A stretch of 64,000 nucleotides of DNA, from NCBI GenBank assembly GCA_964187785.1, contig OZ076409.1, forward strand, positions 83,702,001-83,766,000. The letters run 5' to 3'. A program made the translations under genes and the position numbers. Below are positions 1 through 13,267 of this stretch, one piece after another; position 1 is the stretch's first letter, and every line of letters begins with the position of its first letter. This DNA comes from Amphiscolops sp. MND2022. Its lineage: Eukaryota. Below the pieces are notes generated by a model. The model worked only from the letters and a program-made list of their open reading frames with translations, was not told the DNA's origin and did no database searches.

Positions 1-462
1 TTCTTTTACTTCGAATCTCAATCTCCCAAATTGAAAGTTGACTAATTGTTCATGCCGGCGTACTTACGCTGATGAATATGCAAGCTAGACTTTTATTTTA
101 CCGCGATTTTGAGACTTAAACAGGAAATGGGATTGCCTGAACAAAAATGATTTCAACAAATTTACGGAACACTGACGCAACTAGGAATTTTGATGCCTGG
201 TTTTTACGACGCGGGACTGAAATGATATGAATCATTAGCGCTTTTTGTTGAACAAACCCGATTTTTGTGATACCTAGGAATTTTTAGGTGAGGAACAAAT
301 GATGCTGGGAAAGTATAAATATGTAGTACATACATGTAAAGTTAGTTAGTTGTGTTTTGCAAGTTGTAATAAACTTAAACTGTTTTCGTTGTTTCAACGT
401 TGAACAAAATCATCTTCGAAGAATTCATCTATTGCCGAAGAATCATTTTTTAACATTAAAAA

Positions 463-876
463 ATGACCACTAGAAGCCAGAAGAGGAAAGCTGTAGCTGA
501 ATTAGTGTCTGGAGATTTTGAAGCTTCTTTAGCTGAAAATAACTCTGCTGAAAACCTGATACCCAGTTCTAGTAAAAATCCTAGACTTGAGCTTGAAAAC
601 CTGGAGGAAATAAAAACAACTCTGAGAAAAGAAATAATGACTGATCTAACAAAGATATTAGCCGAAAACCAAAAGGAAATGCTTCAATTAATAGCACCAG
701 CGAACAAGAAACGCTCAGTTAGTTCGAACATACAAGATTCTGATTCTGACCAAGAAAACATCTCCGTAACGAGAACGTCCACTCCAGTCAAGACACAAAC
801 TGCGACTAGTTCTAAAACAACACCGGTCAATAGTCGTAACACCAATACTTGTTTATATGGACAATTACATGTATAA
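463..876 (+). other. Short ORF, possibly the truncated 5' end of a retrotransposon gag-like gene within an LTR remnant
   Basis: 137-aa ORF (MTTRSQKRKA..., a coiled-coil-like EEIKTTLRKEIMTDLTKILAENQKEML segment, then S/T-rich). It degenerates after ...GTCGTAACA (841), which resembles an LTR 3' end. No partner LTR in the window. Confidence 0.35.
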
Positions 877-2837
877 CGTCGTTCTAATACTCGTTTAACG
901 CATCAGAAGGTTTACATGTATTCACAAAATAGCATAATTAGTGTTAGAGATTGATTCGTAGCACTTTCATTCTCAGGCCACTCGCCAGGCCACCGCTTCA
1001 CTGCGCGAATCTCAGGCCGGCTGCCAGGCCGCAGTTCCGCCATTATTCATTCAGGCCGCTTGCTGAGCGGTGTGATTGTATTACTATTAACTATATAGCA
1101 CCGTATTAATACTATTAACTGCACAAGTAGCTCTATACCGGTTAGTACACTGTATGTAAAAATATATAACTACATAAATATTAATATATATTTTCTTCTA
1201 ATTTTTATATTATTTAGCGCCATTATTTCAGGTTGTATGGATTGAACTGATTGTTTTCTGGTTTTCTGTTTTCATTTCTCCTTTTTCCATTTCCTAATTT
1301 ATTCTTCGAAGACTGGGTTGATTCTGCTGCAATACTCACAGCTCAAGTGGGGCTGTGACATTATTTATTAATGAAATTCAGGAAAAACGCCAACGCGTGA
1401 GGGAGAATTTGTTGCATTCAATTTTTACGGTCAATAAATCCATCGAAAATTAACGCTTCTCTTGTAAATATCAATTTAAAATGCAACCGTCATAAGAGGA
1501 AGCTTTGAAGTATGGAAAGTTCATCTGATGATAAGTTGTTCCAGTAATAAAATAATTGAATCTCAATAAATTTGGAGCCAAACAATTTGTTTCAGTACCA
1601 GCAAAGAAATACTGTGTTCACAACTTCATTTTATTGCTAAAAAATGAACTCACTTGTACCTGCTCCTGAAACAGGAAATTAGTTTTGCACTCTGTAAAAA
1701 TAAGTTTCATGTGTCAAAACGTTGAATGAATGCTGAAGGTTTGAGATATAACAGGAAATTCAAAACACCCGTCTCATACTCCACGCATGGAAACGAACAG
1801 AACTTTTTTGAAAACAGAACAGAATTTTTGAAAAAAATTGAAGCAAATAACCACCAGCGATGATAATTCGCAGTAATGTCCTGGAGAACGTGTGATCGCC
1901 AGAGCTTATAAGAGCTATAGTAAAAAATAAGTATATAGCTTAAGAGCTATAGTAAAAAATAAGTATTTTTTAAAAGACATCATGTATGATTTTATTGAAG
2001 AAATTGGGAAACGTGATTGGATATAGCAACTTAGTCAGGTCACAACGAGAAAAGGATAACATGCTACAAGGCGAGACAGAACAAACACTGAAACGAGTCT
2101 ATATCAAATCGCAATAGCTCATCACAAGATGATGAATTGAATCGAAGGTAAACGAAAGATACTAACGGAAATCAATGAAACTTTCGGGAAACAAACGGGA
2201 CCAATGATGAATGGAATAATTTTTTTTGGGGGGGGGATTAAGTCTTTGGATGTCTAGAGAAAATTTTGGATGCGGTCAATACGCAGACTCAAAGAGCTAA
2301 TGAGAAAGCAATCCCCAGTCGAGAATGCTTGAACTTTTTACATGCTGCATGGAAACATGCAGGCTATTTTTTTTACAAAACATGGAAAATTCCGGGAGAC
2401 TGCATGGCAACATTTTGTAGGATTACAATGCAGCTTCCACTATTTCAATTAAAACTGAAAACACTTCTTCACCAGCGCGATCACTTTGTTTTCACGCGTA
2501 AGTTTCTCAAGTAAGTACCTTATGTAATCACCGTTAATCGCATAGGACGCTGAATATTACGCTACTTTGAAACTTATAATGTGACTGAAGTTTTTTGCAT
2601 TGAAAGCGCGGTAAAATTGATGACGGTCTCAGCTGCTTTCAAAATAAGAACGGCGTCTTAATGAAACCTGCAAAACTTTGCGGCACCAAATTGCCGCCAA
2701 ATTTAGGATGCATTTTATAGGCAGCTTGATAAAATTAAGTTGAATCAGAAAATTAAAATTACGTTGGTAACCTACAAAAACATGTAAAAAGTTCAAGCAG
2801 TTCCAACCAGGGTCATCATAGGGAAAATCTCGAAGTA

Positions 2838-3204
2838 GGGGAGCATGGCGTAGTGGTTAGAGCATTCGGCCTGTACTGGGGCGGTATCAGGTTCGAATCT
2901 TTCTTATCTCATCATTGTTGGGCCTTGAGCAAGTCTTTCATCCCTAGCTTAGTGGTATGGTCAGTGACAAAAAATAACGCATTTGGCGGAGAAAAGCAAA
3001 ACAAAAAAAGCAACGGTGAGCAGTCAGACCTTTGTGACCTTGAGCAAGTCACTCTGAAACCACATCTTCAAGTCCACCATTGCTTGACCACTTGGCTGCA
3101 AATATGGTACCATAGCTTGCTATGGGGACATAGTATTCGAAAGTGCGCCGACTTAGAAAAGCAGAACTGCTTATTCGGCGTCCACCCCGCGGCATTGGTG
3201 AAAT
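2838..3204 (+). mobile_element. tRNA-derived SINE, copy 1
   Basis: Head with A-box TGGCGTAGTGG and B-box GGTTCGAATC; body contains GTGACCTTGAGCAAGTCACT; closely similar to 12558-12925 and to 60781-61136 (minus). Confidence 0.85.
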
Positions 3205-3992
3205 ACACTTTCTTTCTTCTTCTTAAGGCTTCAATTCAAATCAAGAATATCTCACAAACTTTCCAACAGCCGTGATGTGAGCCCTTACAACAGAGTAAGC
3301 CCATTCAAAAGGAAAACTTGATAGTATTCTTTCGAAAAACATTTGAAACTTTAGAAGAAAAGTTTTAAAATCTAGCTTCTTTGAAAATCATTGGTGATCT
3401 TTCGGACTCATTCAGCACTGGTTTCGATTGAGCTGCTAACTCACTTTTCTCGAAGTTCAATTCAGTTGACATTTCAGTGGAAATTGTTTAATGCTTGCTG
3501 CTCTACAGATAACTCTACATAACCCCTAAGGTGAAGCCTAGTTCAGTTCAAGTGCAACTCTTTCAGTTCTTGATGAGGAGCCATAACCCAGCCCAAATGA
3601 TACGCAATTTGTGGTCTTATTCGAATCGTTGAGACCTACTGCTTGCTAAGCAATCGTTTTTTCGTAACGAAAAGACTGGAAGAATACAGTTTGCCGTCAG
3701 ATTGTTTGTCATTTTTGCCGTCAAAATCTACGACTCGCTTTTGGAACTCGCTGCCATGGAAATATCTTGCCAAATTCTCACTACATTTTGGCGGCCATCA
3801 TTAGAATCATTTCAATCATTATTAAAATTCTTATAAAGGTCTTACTAAGATGTATCATTATTCCAAGATCGAACGAAAAAGTGAACTCGAGTTTCGAAAT
3901 TGGAACCGGCCTTATTAGATTTTGACCAAGTAAAACTATAGCCAAGCAAACTTTTTGGCAACATTTTTCACCTGTAAAACGGTCTCGGTTCA

Positions 3993-4152
3993 CCGGATGA
4001 TGTGTAGGCCTTATTGCACAGGATTGTGATTTAATATTAAAAAGCGACTTAGTGTAAGTTTTCCGGTATTCGGTATTCAGCGGTTAGAACATAGTTTTGA
4101 CGGTTACGGTCTAGATCACAATCCTGTGTAATAAGGCCTACACATCATCCGG
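3993..4152. repeat. Small foldback/MITE-like inverted repeat
   Basis: 38-bp arms at 3993-4030 and 4115-4152 are reverse complements with one mismatch; no clear TSD. Confidence 0.75.
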
Positions 4153-6192
4153 GTCTGATATTAATGATGTTTAAATGTTCTTCCAGTAGTTTTAGGTCAT
4201 ATTTTAGTGCTTATTACACATGGTTTTTTCAGTCGTTTCAGATCGTTTTCTAGTGACTGAAGATTCTAGTGACTATCTTATTCGAGTCATTTTGAGTAAT
4301 TTGGATTATTATTTTTAAACTTAACATTCATAATTCAACATACATCTAATCTATTTTTGATACTCAGTGATGGTTTTTGACCTGTTCTTTCTCGTGTTGT
4401 ACTTTCATGACTTTCCGTGCAATGGGATCTCTGTATTTTCTTCAAGCTGGCTTGACACGGACTGAATAACTCCATTTTTGCTTCGTTTAAATTGCAACGC
4501 TCTAACGAAATTCTTAATTGCTGTATTATTTAGTTCAATTTCTGGGTAAAGTTTTGTGTTTTTGAATTTTAAGTAATCACCTTTGTTGACTCAAAATTCT
4601 TCATTATCCCTTTTGTAGATCAAATAAACAAACTTTCTGCTTCCCGTTAAAAAACAAAAGTAAACACTGGGTTTTTCAGTCCATCATTAGTAGAATGTAC
4701 GTATATTTAGACTCAACGACACTTGCGTTGAAAACCTATCAGGAAACATTGGAGCAATCACATTAAAACACGCTGAGTATTGAAAAAGGGTACTGACATT
4801 TAAAATACTTTCTTGGGTGACATTTTAAAAGTACCTTTTTGAGAAATAACCGTGGGGTTATTCAATTACAGGGGTTTGTTAATTATCCCACAAACTTGAA
4901 CGAAGAACACACGTTTCGACAAAAACAAAAAGCAAGAATCGTTGTGTAACTAACCGAGTCATAAACTTTAATGTCGAAAATGTCAAAATAAAATGGCTCT
5001 AATCATCTAAGTTTTATATTTTTGAGGTGTTACATTTCACTTCGCATTTCGTGTGCAGAAGAACTGAGCAGCGAAGAAATCTCCATGGCGTGTGTCCCAA
5101 CTATATCACAAATGGGACCAACATTCTCCTCACAAACATCATCATCATCACCATCATCATCGACATTTCTAAGAACCATATGTGCTATCACCCTACTGCT
5201 GCTCCTTATCTGCCAAGAGGTGTCTTCGTCACTTATCTTCTCACGAGAATACGGTGAGTCATAGCCATGATGAGTGCAATAAAAACCTCTTAGCGTCCAC
5301 GTGATCACAATTCATGAAATCCATTATCGTGATTGGCTGCCCATGTGAATAAAAAAAGATTTGGTCAAGGTTTCAACTTTGTCATTTTTCAGGATTTTTT
5401 CCCAAAGGTTTCACTATTTGGCGTTCACCTGTTCATGTTTATTTTATTGTTGACAATTTTGTCCACATTTTAATGGAAACGCGTACTGATAGCAATATTG
5501 AATTTCCTAAATAGGAGAAAACCTTTCAAAATTGACCAAAATTGAGAGTATTTTAGGGAAATATAACAAATACGGAAACTTTTGACTATTTGTCGATGTT
5601 TTCGAGGAAGTTTATTTGGAATAGCGTTGGGCACAATACTAAGAAACAGCAGTGTCTTTTCAACAAAGCCTACTGGTTATGTAGTTTATTCTTCTTATTA
5701 TGACTATTTTATTTCAGAAGATGTTTCGAAACCTTTCGAAAAATGCATTGAAATTTCCTAACTTGGAGATATTTGAGTTTTACACATTTTAGAGTCTTTC
5801 CTAACACAAACAACAGGTATCTCTTCAAAAAGCGTACTTGATGAAAACTTTCTCGTCGTTGAATATTTTTATTATGCTAATCTACTTTTTTTCAACTTTT
5901 TTCAAAACTTACATTATAGGGAAGGAAAAGTTGTGAAGTATTTGCGCCATTCCGATGTATCTTATTGCAAAAAAGCGAAACGCATGATTAGTTTCTGAAT
6001 GTATTGAACCTTCTAACCCACAGAAACTTTTAAAAATTGTACACAACTTGCAAAAAAACGACCTAAAACGGAAGATGTAAGATTTTTCGATTTTTCTGGA
6101 GATAAAATTTGGGCATATTTTTTCAAAAAGTTCAACCCAAGTTTAAAAAATTCCTTGTCCAGTCGGTTTTTTTATAAAAAGATAGAGCTGTG

Positions 6193-6439
6193 TGTTATAC
6201 GGTGTAATACCGAGCCGATTCCTTCGGTTGACAATGTCAATCAAACTTTGATCTTTTTATAGTCCTAAATGAGATTTATGTTTATATACATTTGTAAACA
6301 TTGTGCTAGATCTTTCGTGCTAGAAATACATCATTTAGTTACCGTTAAACTTAGAGAAAAGATCGTTTTGACATTGCTTTCTGTTCGAAGATATATTTTA
6401 CAAAACACTGTTTTTATTGTCTAACCAAGAAATAGAACA
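6193..6439 (+). repeat. 5' LTR of Gypsy element
   Basis: TGTTATAC...AGAACA; about 5 substitutions versus the 3' LTR by eye. Confidence 0.95.
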
Positions 6440-6453
6440 TGGCGCAGTCAGCA
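6440..6453 (+). promoter_or_regulatory. Primer binding site, probably tRNA-Ser type
   Basis: TGGCGCAGTCAGCA directly after the 5' LTR; TGG pairs with tRNA CCA and the rest resembles the complement of tRNA-Ser 3' ends. Confidence 0.7.
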
Positions 6454-6493
6454 AATTGAAATTACCCAAGAATATTTCAACGAAACAGAGAAA

Positions 6494-7600
6494 ATGAGAG
6501 AAGAAAGCAAGATTGAAGTACCGAATTTCGAAGCTACATCAGACGGAAAAAAGATATTTACACCGAAACAATGCCTCGAAAGATTTCGGCAATACGCAAA
6601 AAGGAAACACAAAATGGACATTACCGAACTGATACGGGGAGCCGAGATGACACAAATCGGTTGGTCCGGAAAAGAAACAGAAATCCAAGAAGACTTCATA
6701 TGGGGATCTGGCCCCGAAGCATTTTACCAAATGACCCGGGCAGAATATAAAACCGAACCTGACAAAGTAGCGGTTAAAGACCTGATCCGATTATTCAATG
6801 AATACTTCTTACCGAAGCGAAATACTTATCACAACCGAGGAGAATTCTTCTGGACAAGACAAACCGAATCCGAAACACCAGAAGACTTCTGGCGGAGACT
6901 TATAGAAATAGAAAAAGAATGTGCATTCGAGGGAATAACAGCCGAAGACTTATTGATTTCAAAATTCATGACCGCAATTACGGACACGAAACTTTGGGAT
7001 AAACTAATGAAAGAAAAGAAAGTCGAACTGAAAAAGACAATCGAAATGATTAAACAGAACACATACGAAAGAAAAAATCAAAAAAACACAATACCGGAAG
7101 CTTTAATTTTACACCGAGAAAAAGAAATAAAAGAAGAACCGATACAAAGAATGGAAAGATCCGACACAAGACCGAAGAACAAATTTACAAATGAGAAACC
7201 ATGCAATTTTTGCAACGCACCGAACTGGAACCCTACTCACAAATGCCCGGCACTGGGAAAACTTTGTAACAACTGCGGAAAGAAGGGACACTTCGCACGT
7301 GTATGCAGACAAAGAGACAACTACAAACGCAAAGTACGCAAAAAGACCGAAGACGAGTCAGAAATAATAGGAGGAGAATCCGACGAATCAGAAACAAGCA
7401 TACACAGAATTGAAAGAATAAATAGAATTACCGACAGAAACAAATGCCTGACAGCCGTGGTGAAAGTAAACGGTATTGAAAAAGAATTTATAGTGGATAC
7501 CGGATCACCAATTTCAATAATGCCCATGGACGAGAAAAACCCGGAAACAAACCGAAATACAAAAAGTGAAACAACGGTATCAAGATGTAAACAAAAATGA
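6494..7600 (+). CDS. gag: Gag plus aspartic protease of Gypsy element (frameshifted into pol)
   Basis: Zinc knuckle CNNCGKKGHFARVC; protease motif FIVDTGS. Confidence 0.9.
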   Translation: MREESKIEVPNFEATSDGKKIFTPKQCLERFRQYAKRKHKMDITELIRGAEMTQIGWSGKETEIQEDFIWGSGPEAFYQMTRAEYKTEPDKVAVKDLIRLFNEYFLPKRNTYHNRGEFFWTRQTESETPEDFWRRLIEIEKECAFEGITAEDLLISKFMTAITDTKLWDKLMKEKKVELKKTIEMIKQNTYERKNQKNTIPEALILHREKEIKEEPIQRMERSDTRPKNKFTNEKPCNFCNAPNWNPTHKCPALGKLCNNCGKKGHFARVCRQRDNYKRKVRKKTEDESEIIGGESDESETSIHRIERINRITDRNKCLTAVVKVNGIEKEFIVDTGSPISIMPMDEKNPETNRNTKSETTVSRCKQK

Positions 7601-9032
7601 ATTGAAATTCCGGGGGAAAATACCGGCAAACATTGAATATGAGAACAAAAAACAAAAAATGCAAATTCTAATTACCGAAAGAAACGACATTACACCATTA
7701 CTCGGAATGGATTGGATGAAAAAAATCAATTTGACAATCGGAAATATCCGAACGGAAGATATCAATCAATCGGAGAAGAGACGAGTGATCGAAAAGTTCC
7801 CAGACTTATTCAAGAACAACACCACAATAAAAGATACCGAAATAAATATTCAGCATAAACCGGGACACTATCCGGTGAAACAAAAAGCAATACCGATCCC
7901 ATTACATCTACAAGAGGAGGTCGGGAAAGAACTAGAAAAATTGATAAAAACCGGACATCTGGAAAAGGTAAAACACGTAGATGAAGATTCCTTTGTTTCA
8001 TCGGTAGTAAATACAGTAAAAAACGATAAATCGGTCAAAATAGCACTGGACTTAAGAAAACTAAATGACAGTTGTATAAAAATCCGGCCACACATGCCGA
8101 ACATGGAAGAACTACTGAACCAAATTTCGGTGGGAATCACAAGAGACCGAACAAATGAACTGAATATCTGGAAAATTGACCTTGACTACGCATACGGCCG
8201 AATGAAATTATCAAAAGAGACAAGCCGACAATGCGTATTCGCAATACCGGGAGGAAACTTCAGTGGATTTTACAGATTTAAAAAAGGGTTTTACAGTCTT
8301 GCCGATATACCCACAATATTTCAAGAAAAAATTGACCGAACACTAGAATACTCCACACTGGCATGGCTGGACGACATCATAGCCAGGTAGCAGGAAAGAA
8401 CACGAGAAGAAATTATTCGAGATACTGAAAAAACTGGAGAAGGCAGGATACCGAGCAAATGAAAGAAAATCCGAATTCTTCCTAAATAAAACAAATTGGC
8501 GGGGACACGAAATTGACGAAATGGGAATTAAACCAAATAAAGAAAAAGTGAAAGCAATACTGGAATTAAAACACCCGGAAAATCAGAAACAACTGAAATC
8601 TATTCTCGGTGCCATCCAATATCTCGCAAAATGCTTACCAAGATTATCGGAAAGAACAGAAAGGCTCCGAAAACTCCTCAAGAAAGACTTCACGTGGAAT
8701 TGGGGAAAACAGCAAAATGAAGATTTTGAAAACATAAAGAAAATGCTAACCGAAGAACCTTGCTTGGCACACTATGCAAAGGATCGAGAAAATATAGTGA
8801 CAACCGATGCAAGCAAACCGGACTTGAAATTACATTATGGCAGAAACAGTCGGATGGAGAAATTAAACCAATAGCTTTCGGTAGCAGATACTTAAATGAT
8901 AGTGAGAAGAACTACTCAATCGGAGAACTAGAATTACTTGCAGTTGTCTGGGTTTTAGAGAAGTTCCGATTTTATCTATACGGAAAGAAAGTCTTTCTTT
9001 ACACAGACCACCAAGAAGAATCACTAACCTAG
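7566..9032 (+). pseudogene. pol: Reverse transcriptase and RNase H, several frameshifts
   Basis: RT motifs LDLRKLN, IDLDYAY, WLDDI; RNase H motifs TDASK, YSIGELELLAV, TDHQ, split over ORFs starting at 7566, 8521 and 8760. Confidence 0.9.
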
Positions 9033-9076
9033 AAGAAAACATAGTCTAAACCGAATGTGTAAATAGAGCGCTAAAC

Positions 9077-9946
9077 GTGATGCGCTTTACAATAAATACG
9101 GGAATGAAAATCACACCATATGAATTACATCACGCTCGTAAACCGAGAACCAAACTAACGAAAGTAATTAAAGACGGAAGGTCATTCCTATCTAACTGGT
9201 CGGAATTACCTGTTTCAGCAAGCAACAGACCGAAAATTCCAATCTACATTACCAGAAATGGTGACGGAGAAGTATCAAACCATCTCGTGATGGCCCGAAC
9301 CAAAAGCGAGGAAAAAGCGCTAGCCGAAAAATCCCCGAAGAAGAAAAATTCGGTTGGTACATACCCCTTTCAATTCTTCGAAAAGAACCATAATAAAAAA
9401 TCATTGCAAGGTATATTCCAAACAAAATTACAAACCGCAGTAAATGGTACGAAACATACCGTAACCACCGATACCGGAAAAGTAATCCACCGAAAATTTA
9501 TTTCGGGTCCAATTGTATTTCAGAAAGAGAAGAAAACAGCACCAAAAATCGGAGACATCACTCCCAAAAACCGCCATTGCCTCAGAGGAGTCGACGGTAA
9601 ATATATACAATGGAATGAAATCCTGCGAGACGTACTCAACGGAAAGCTAAAAATCATTCCGAACCCGAGGACCGGATCAGACTCGGAAAGCGAGGAAGGC
9701 GAGATAGACGAGGATGAGAGCGATTTCGAAAATCACGACACCTCCGAAAAAGACGGCTGCTACCGACCCATAACAACATCCCCCGAGGATGAATTGAACC
9801 TGTATACCGACGGCGACCTAAACACCGGTGAGACAAAATTTAAAATTAATACAACCGAGAACGAAGGAATAAGACGGTCAAACCGTGAAAGTAAACAACC
9901 GAATAGATACGGGGGAGTCACATATACAAAACACTTTTGGACATAA
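9077..9946 (+). pseudogene. C-terminal part of Gypsy integrase with long acidic extension
   Basis: TGMKITPYELHHARKPRT matches the segment following the rve core; ends with RRSNRESKQPNRYG; no HHCC or DDE core upstream. Confidence 0.7.
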
Positions 9947-10096
9947 TTTTAATATGAAACCTTTTACAAGCGAACAATGGAACATCAGGAAAGAGCCACC
10001 GAAACCACTGACGAAACCAGCAGACTTCATCCGGGAGAAAACACCGACTCCAGGACCGTCGAAGCAATAAGCTGAAAGAGCTTAGAGGAGAGGGAA

Positions 10097-10343
10097 TGTT
10101 ATACGGTGTAATGCCGAACCGATTCCTTCGGTTGACAATGTCAATCAAACTTTTATCTTTTTATAGTCCTAAATGAGGTTTATGTTTATATACATTTGTA
10201 AACATTGTGCTAGATCTTTCGTGCTAGAAATACATCATTTAGTTACCGTTAAACTTAGAGAAAAGATCGTTTTGATATTGCTTTCTGTTCGAAGATATAT
10301 TTTACAAAACACTGTTTTTATTGTCTAACCAAGAAATAGAACA
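10097..10343 (+). repeat. 3' LTR of Gypsy element
   Basis: Direct repeat of 6193-6439, preceded by PPT AGAGGAGAGGGAA. Confidence 0.95.
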
Positions 10344-12557
10344 CTGTGTTTGTTTCATCTTTTTAAAAAGCCTTCTGGACAATAGATTCTTTCAGCCTGG
10401 GTATCATTATACTTTTGGAAATTGGGAAATTTTGGGAAAAACGCCGCCGATTTAATTTTTTTCTTTCTTTTTCATATGAAATATGGACGGAAAATAGAAA
10501 TCTTATGGTCTCGGAATAATAAAAAGTTAGATTTGAACGCACTACCCCTAGACTGGGCGCGCACTGTCCCTCTTAGTTACTTTCACTCAGCTACTTTAAT
10601 TTTCAGAGCTGAAAAAATCCTAGGTAAAGATTTTTTCTGATGTTCACATCTTAGAGTGGACATGTTGATTGAGTTGGGAAAATTTCAGCGCAATCGAAGA
10701 ATACAATCAAAAAGTCAATGCTCAAAAAAAGAAACTATACGAGGCTAATCTAGGTGACCATCAATCTTTTTTCAGCGAAGTATGCGATATGTAGTTGTCA
10801 CGTATGTCGAAAGTTTTAAATTCAAGTTTTAATAAAGTAATTAATAAACATTAAATCCATCTTTGATTGAGATTTAAGTTTATTTCATATTTGATTAAGG
10901 TTTTGAATTTTCCGTTTGATGTTTCAGACAGCTGGGATTACAATTGGGTGCACCCAGATAGACCAGCTATACCCTCTTATACAAAAACAAACTATCAATT
11001 CCCTTTCAAAACTGTCTTCTTTGGATTGTGAGTAAATTCTTAATAACTAAACTCATTTTTTCTCATCCTGAAACCATTCTCAATACCCTCCTTTACTCTC
11101 TCAATATTTACTAACTTTCAGTGAAAGGAAAGAAGCTGCTTCTTTTCTTTTGATCTGAAATAAAAAAATATTTTCCCTATATTAGGAGTTGCTGTTCTAG
11201 GACGCTCTTAAAGACGAATTTTTGCTAGTTATTGGCAGTAATCAAAGAAAAGATTTTCACAATAATGCTCCTGACCATTGATGAAACAAGTTTTGAATTT
11301 GAAAACCAAGTTTATTTGATTTGAAAACCATGTTATTAACAAGAGCTTCCTCGAGAAATTGAGTTTTGTACGCATAGTTCATCGTTCGGCTTTAGCATTG
11401 TGAAAACAAGAATAAATCAAACAATACATATAGGCTTAACAAGTTTCAAATGTTTTCTTTTATATCAAAGTTTTGGTTCATTTGACGTGGTGTAGAGTTT
11501 AAGAAGACCCAACTTCCTTATTTTTGTTCAGAATTTCTGGAGGCAAGATGGAAACCAAGAAAAACGAAGAGCCTCTGGATGAATACAACGTCGAGAGAAG
11601 AGAAAAACCTGGCTGGTTTCACGTTGGTAGATGAAACTGGAAAAGTGGCTCGTCGCTTTTACCATCTGGAGCTTCGGTTGATCAATTCTGACTTCGATCA
11701 GATTTTTGGCTCCTTGCTATTCGAAAAGTTTTCATCAGTGTCACCAATACGTCGGAGTATTTCTTCTATGGGAGTTTTACAATGGTGCAATTTTTGTTGG
11801 TTTGAGTTTCAAGATTGAATGTTCAAAGCTTGTTTCAGTGCAATTAAAGTGTAAATGTTTTCAAGACATTAACAATGTTTCAACGAAAATGATAGAAAAA
11901 AAACAATCTTGAAATTATAATCTTTGCAACCTGATGGTTTTGATCAAATGTTTCCAAAGCCAAGTAGTCTCTTTGTTCGCATAACAAATAGTCAATCCTG
12001 TTTTCTAATGTTTGAGGTTGTCAGGTATTACCCGTCAACCACTCATCAAAATGATAAAATGAATGAAATAGAATTCGATTCAAACAATGTTCAAGTTTGT
12101 TCAGTGTTTGAGACAAGTAAGAGCCATTTCAACCAAGTTTCCTTTCTCAAAGCAAAATAAATGAAGACAGAAACGTGACGAGTATCAGGGACAAAAACAA
12201 CCCCGAGCAGTAGTAAAAATGTAAATGTTACGTAATAACGACAAACAGCAAGGATTTCAAGTTACGGAGATTGATTTCAAGTTAGTTTCAGCCCTGAGGA
12301 ATCTCATTTTACTGTTCCCTTCAGCGAAAACCTCGACCGGCTTCTGATCTCATAATGTCATGAGCGACAAGGGGCATTAAGATGAGAAACACTGCCTAGC
12401 TTGTCTTCAAAAATTTCAAAAGACTTCTGAATGTCAATTGATATTTCTGGTTGCAGAATAAACTGAAAATATATGCACTGTTCATGGTACCCATGGTCAT
12501 TAGAATTAGAAGACGGCATTGCCTGACGAAGCGAGGGTTTGATGGTAACTTCGGTTA

Positions 12558-12925
12558 GGGGGAGCATGGCGTAGTGGTTAGAGCATTCGGCCTGTACTGA
12601 GGCGGTATCAGGTTCGAATTTCTCTCAACTCACCATTGTTGGTCCTTAAGCAAGTCCTTCATCCCTAGCTTAGTGGTATGTTCAATGACAAAAAATATCG
12701 CATTTGGCGGAGAAAAGCAAAACAAAAAGAGCAACGGTGAGCAGTCAGACCTTTGTGACCTTGAGCAAGTCACTTTGAAACCGAAGCTTCAAGCCCACCA
12801 TTGCTTGACCACTTGGCTGCAAATATGGTACCATAGCTTGCTATGGAGAGATAGTATCCGAAAGGGCGCCGACTTAGAAAAGCAGAACTGCTTATTCGGC
12901 GTCCACCCCGCGGTAATGGGGAAAT
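12558..12925 (+). mobile_element. tRNA-derived SINE, copy 2
   Basis: Same A-box/B-box head and body as 2838-3204. Confidence 0.85.
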
Positions 12926-13169
12926 TAACTGCTCTCTTCTCTCGTCGAGGCTGGAATCAGCTAGGCGTGAAAAAAACATAACCCCCGAGTTTTATATTCC
13001 CACGTGTTCACACTATCTTAGGCGCTTAAGTCCGACAATCCATGGCTCAGTTTCTGGTCTCGACCGCTTTTCAAGTCAACTCCCTCAATCCATACTACTT
13101 TCTCTGAATGTGCTCGTTTTGTTTGGTGCACACTTCACCTCAACTTCATTCAAAATGTCGATGGGAGGC

Positions 13170-13267
13170 AAACAAGCCGGTACCGGCCCAAGTCGGCGCC
13201 ATATCCAAGGCTCAAAAATAGCCAAAAGACTTCCAAGTGTCAAGTATTCTCTTTTACAGTACTCGAA
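13170..13267 (+). repeat. Left part of a DINE-1/HINE-like interspersed repeat interrupted by Polinton A
   Basis: AAACAAGCCGGTACCGGCCCAAGTCGGCGCC... matches another copy at about 62747-62840; the sequence resumes at 27179 after the TSD. Confidence 0.6.

Larger units (their letters stand above)
6193..10343 (+). mobile_element. Ty3/Gypsy LTR retrotransposon, defective (integrase core deleted)
   Basis: Two 247-bp TG...CA LTRs; 5-bp TSD CTGTG (6188-6192, 10344-10348); PBS at 6440; PPT at 10084-10096; order gag-PR-RT-RH-IN tail. Confidence 0.95.

Noticed and set aside
1906..1965. Short tandem duplication of TAAGAGCTATAGTAAAAAATAAGTAT
   Set aside because: Two-copy slippage duplication with no other structure.
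2838..2910. Functional tRNA genes at the SINE heads (also 12558, 28955, 61136)
   Set aside because: A and B boxes are present but acceptor and anticodon stems do not pair properly, and three share a long SINE body.
2853..3275. ORFs 2853-3275, 12673-12981 and 61007-61297 as a protein family
   Set aside because: Their similarity comes from being SINE copies.
5022..5308. Short ORFs with poly-Asp/Ser tract
   Set aside because: Explained by an imperfect (CAT)n repeat; no domain evidence.
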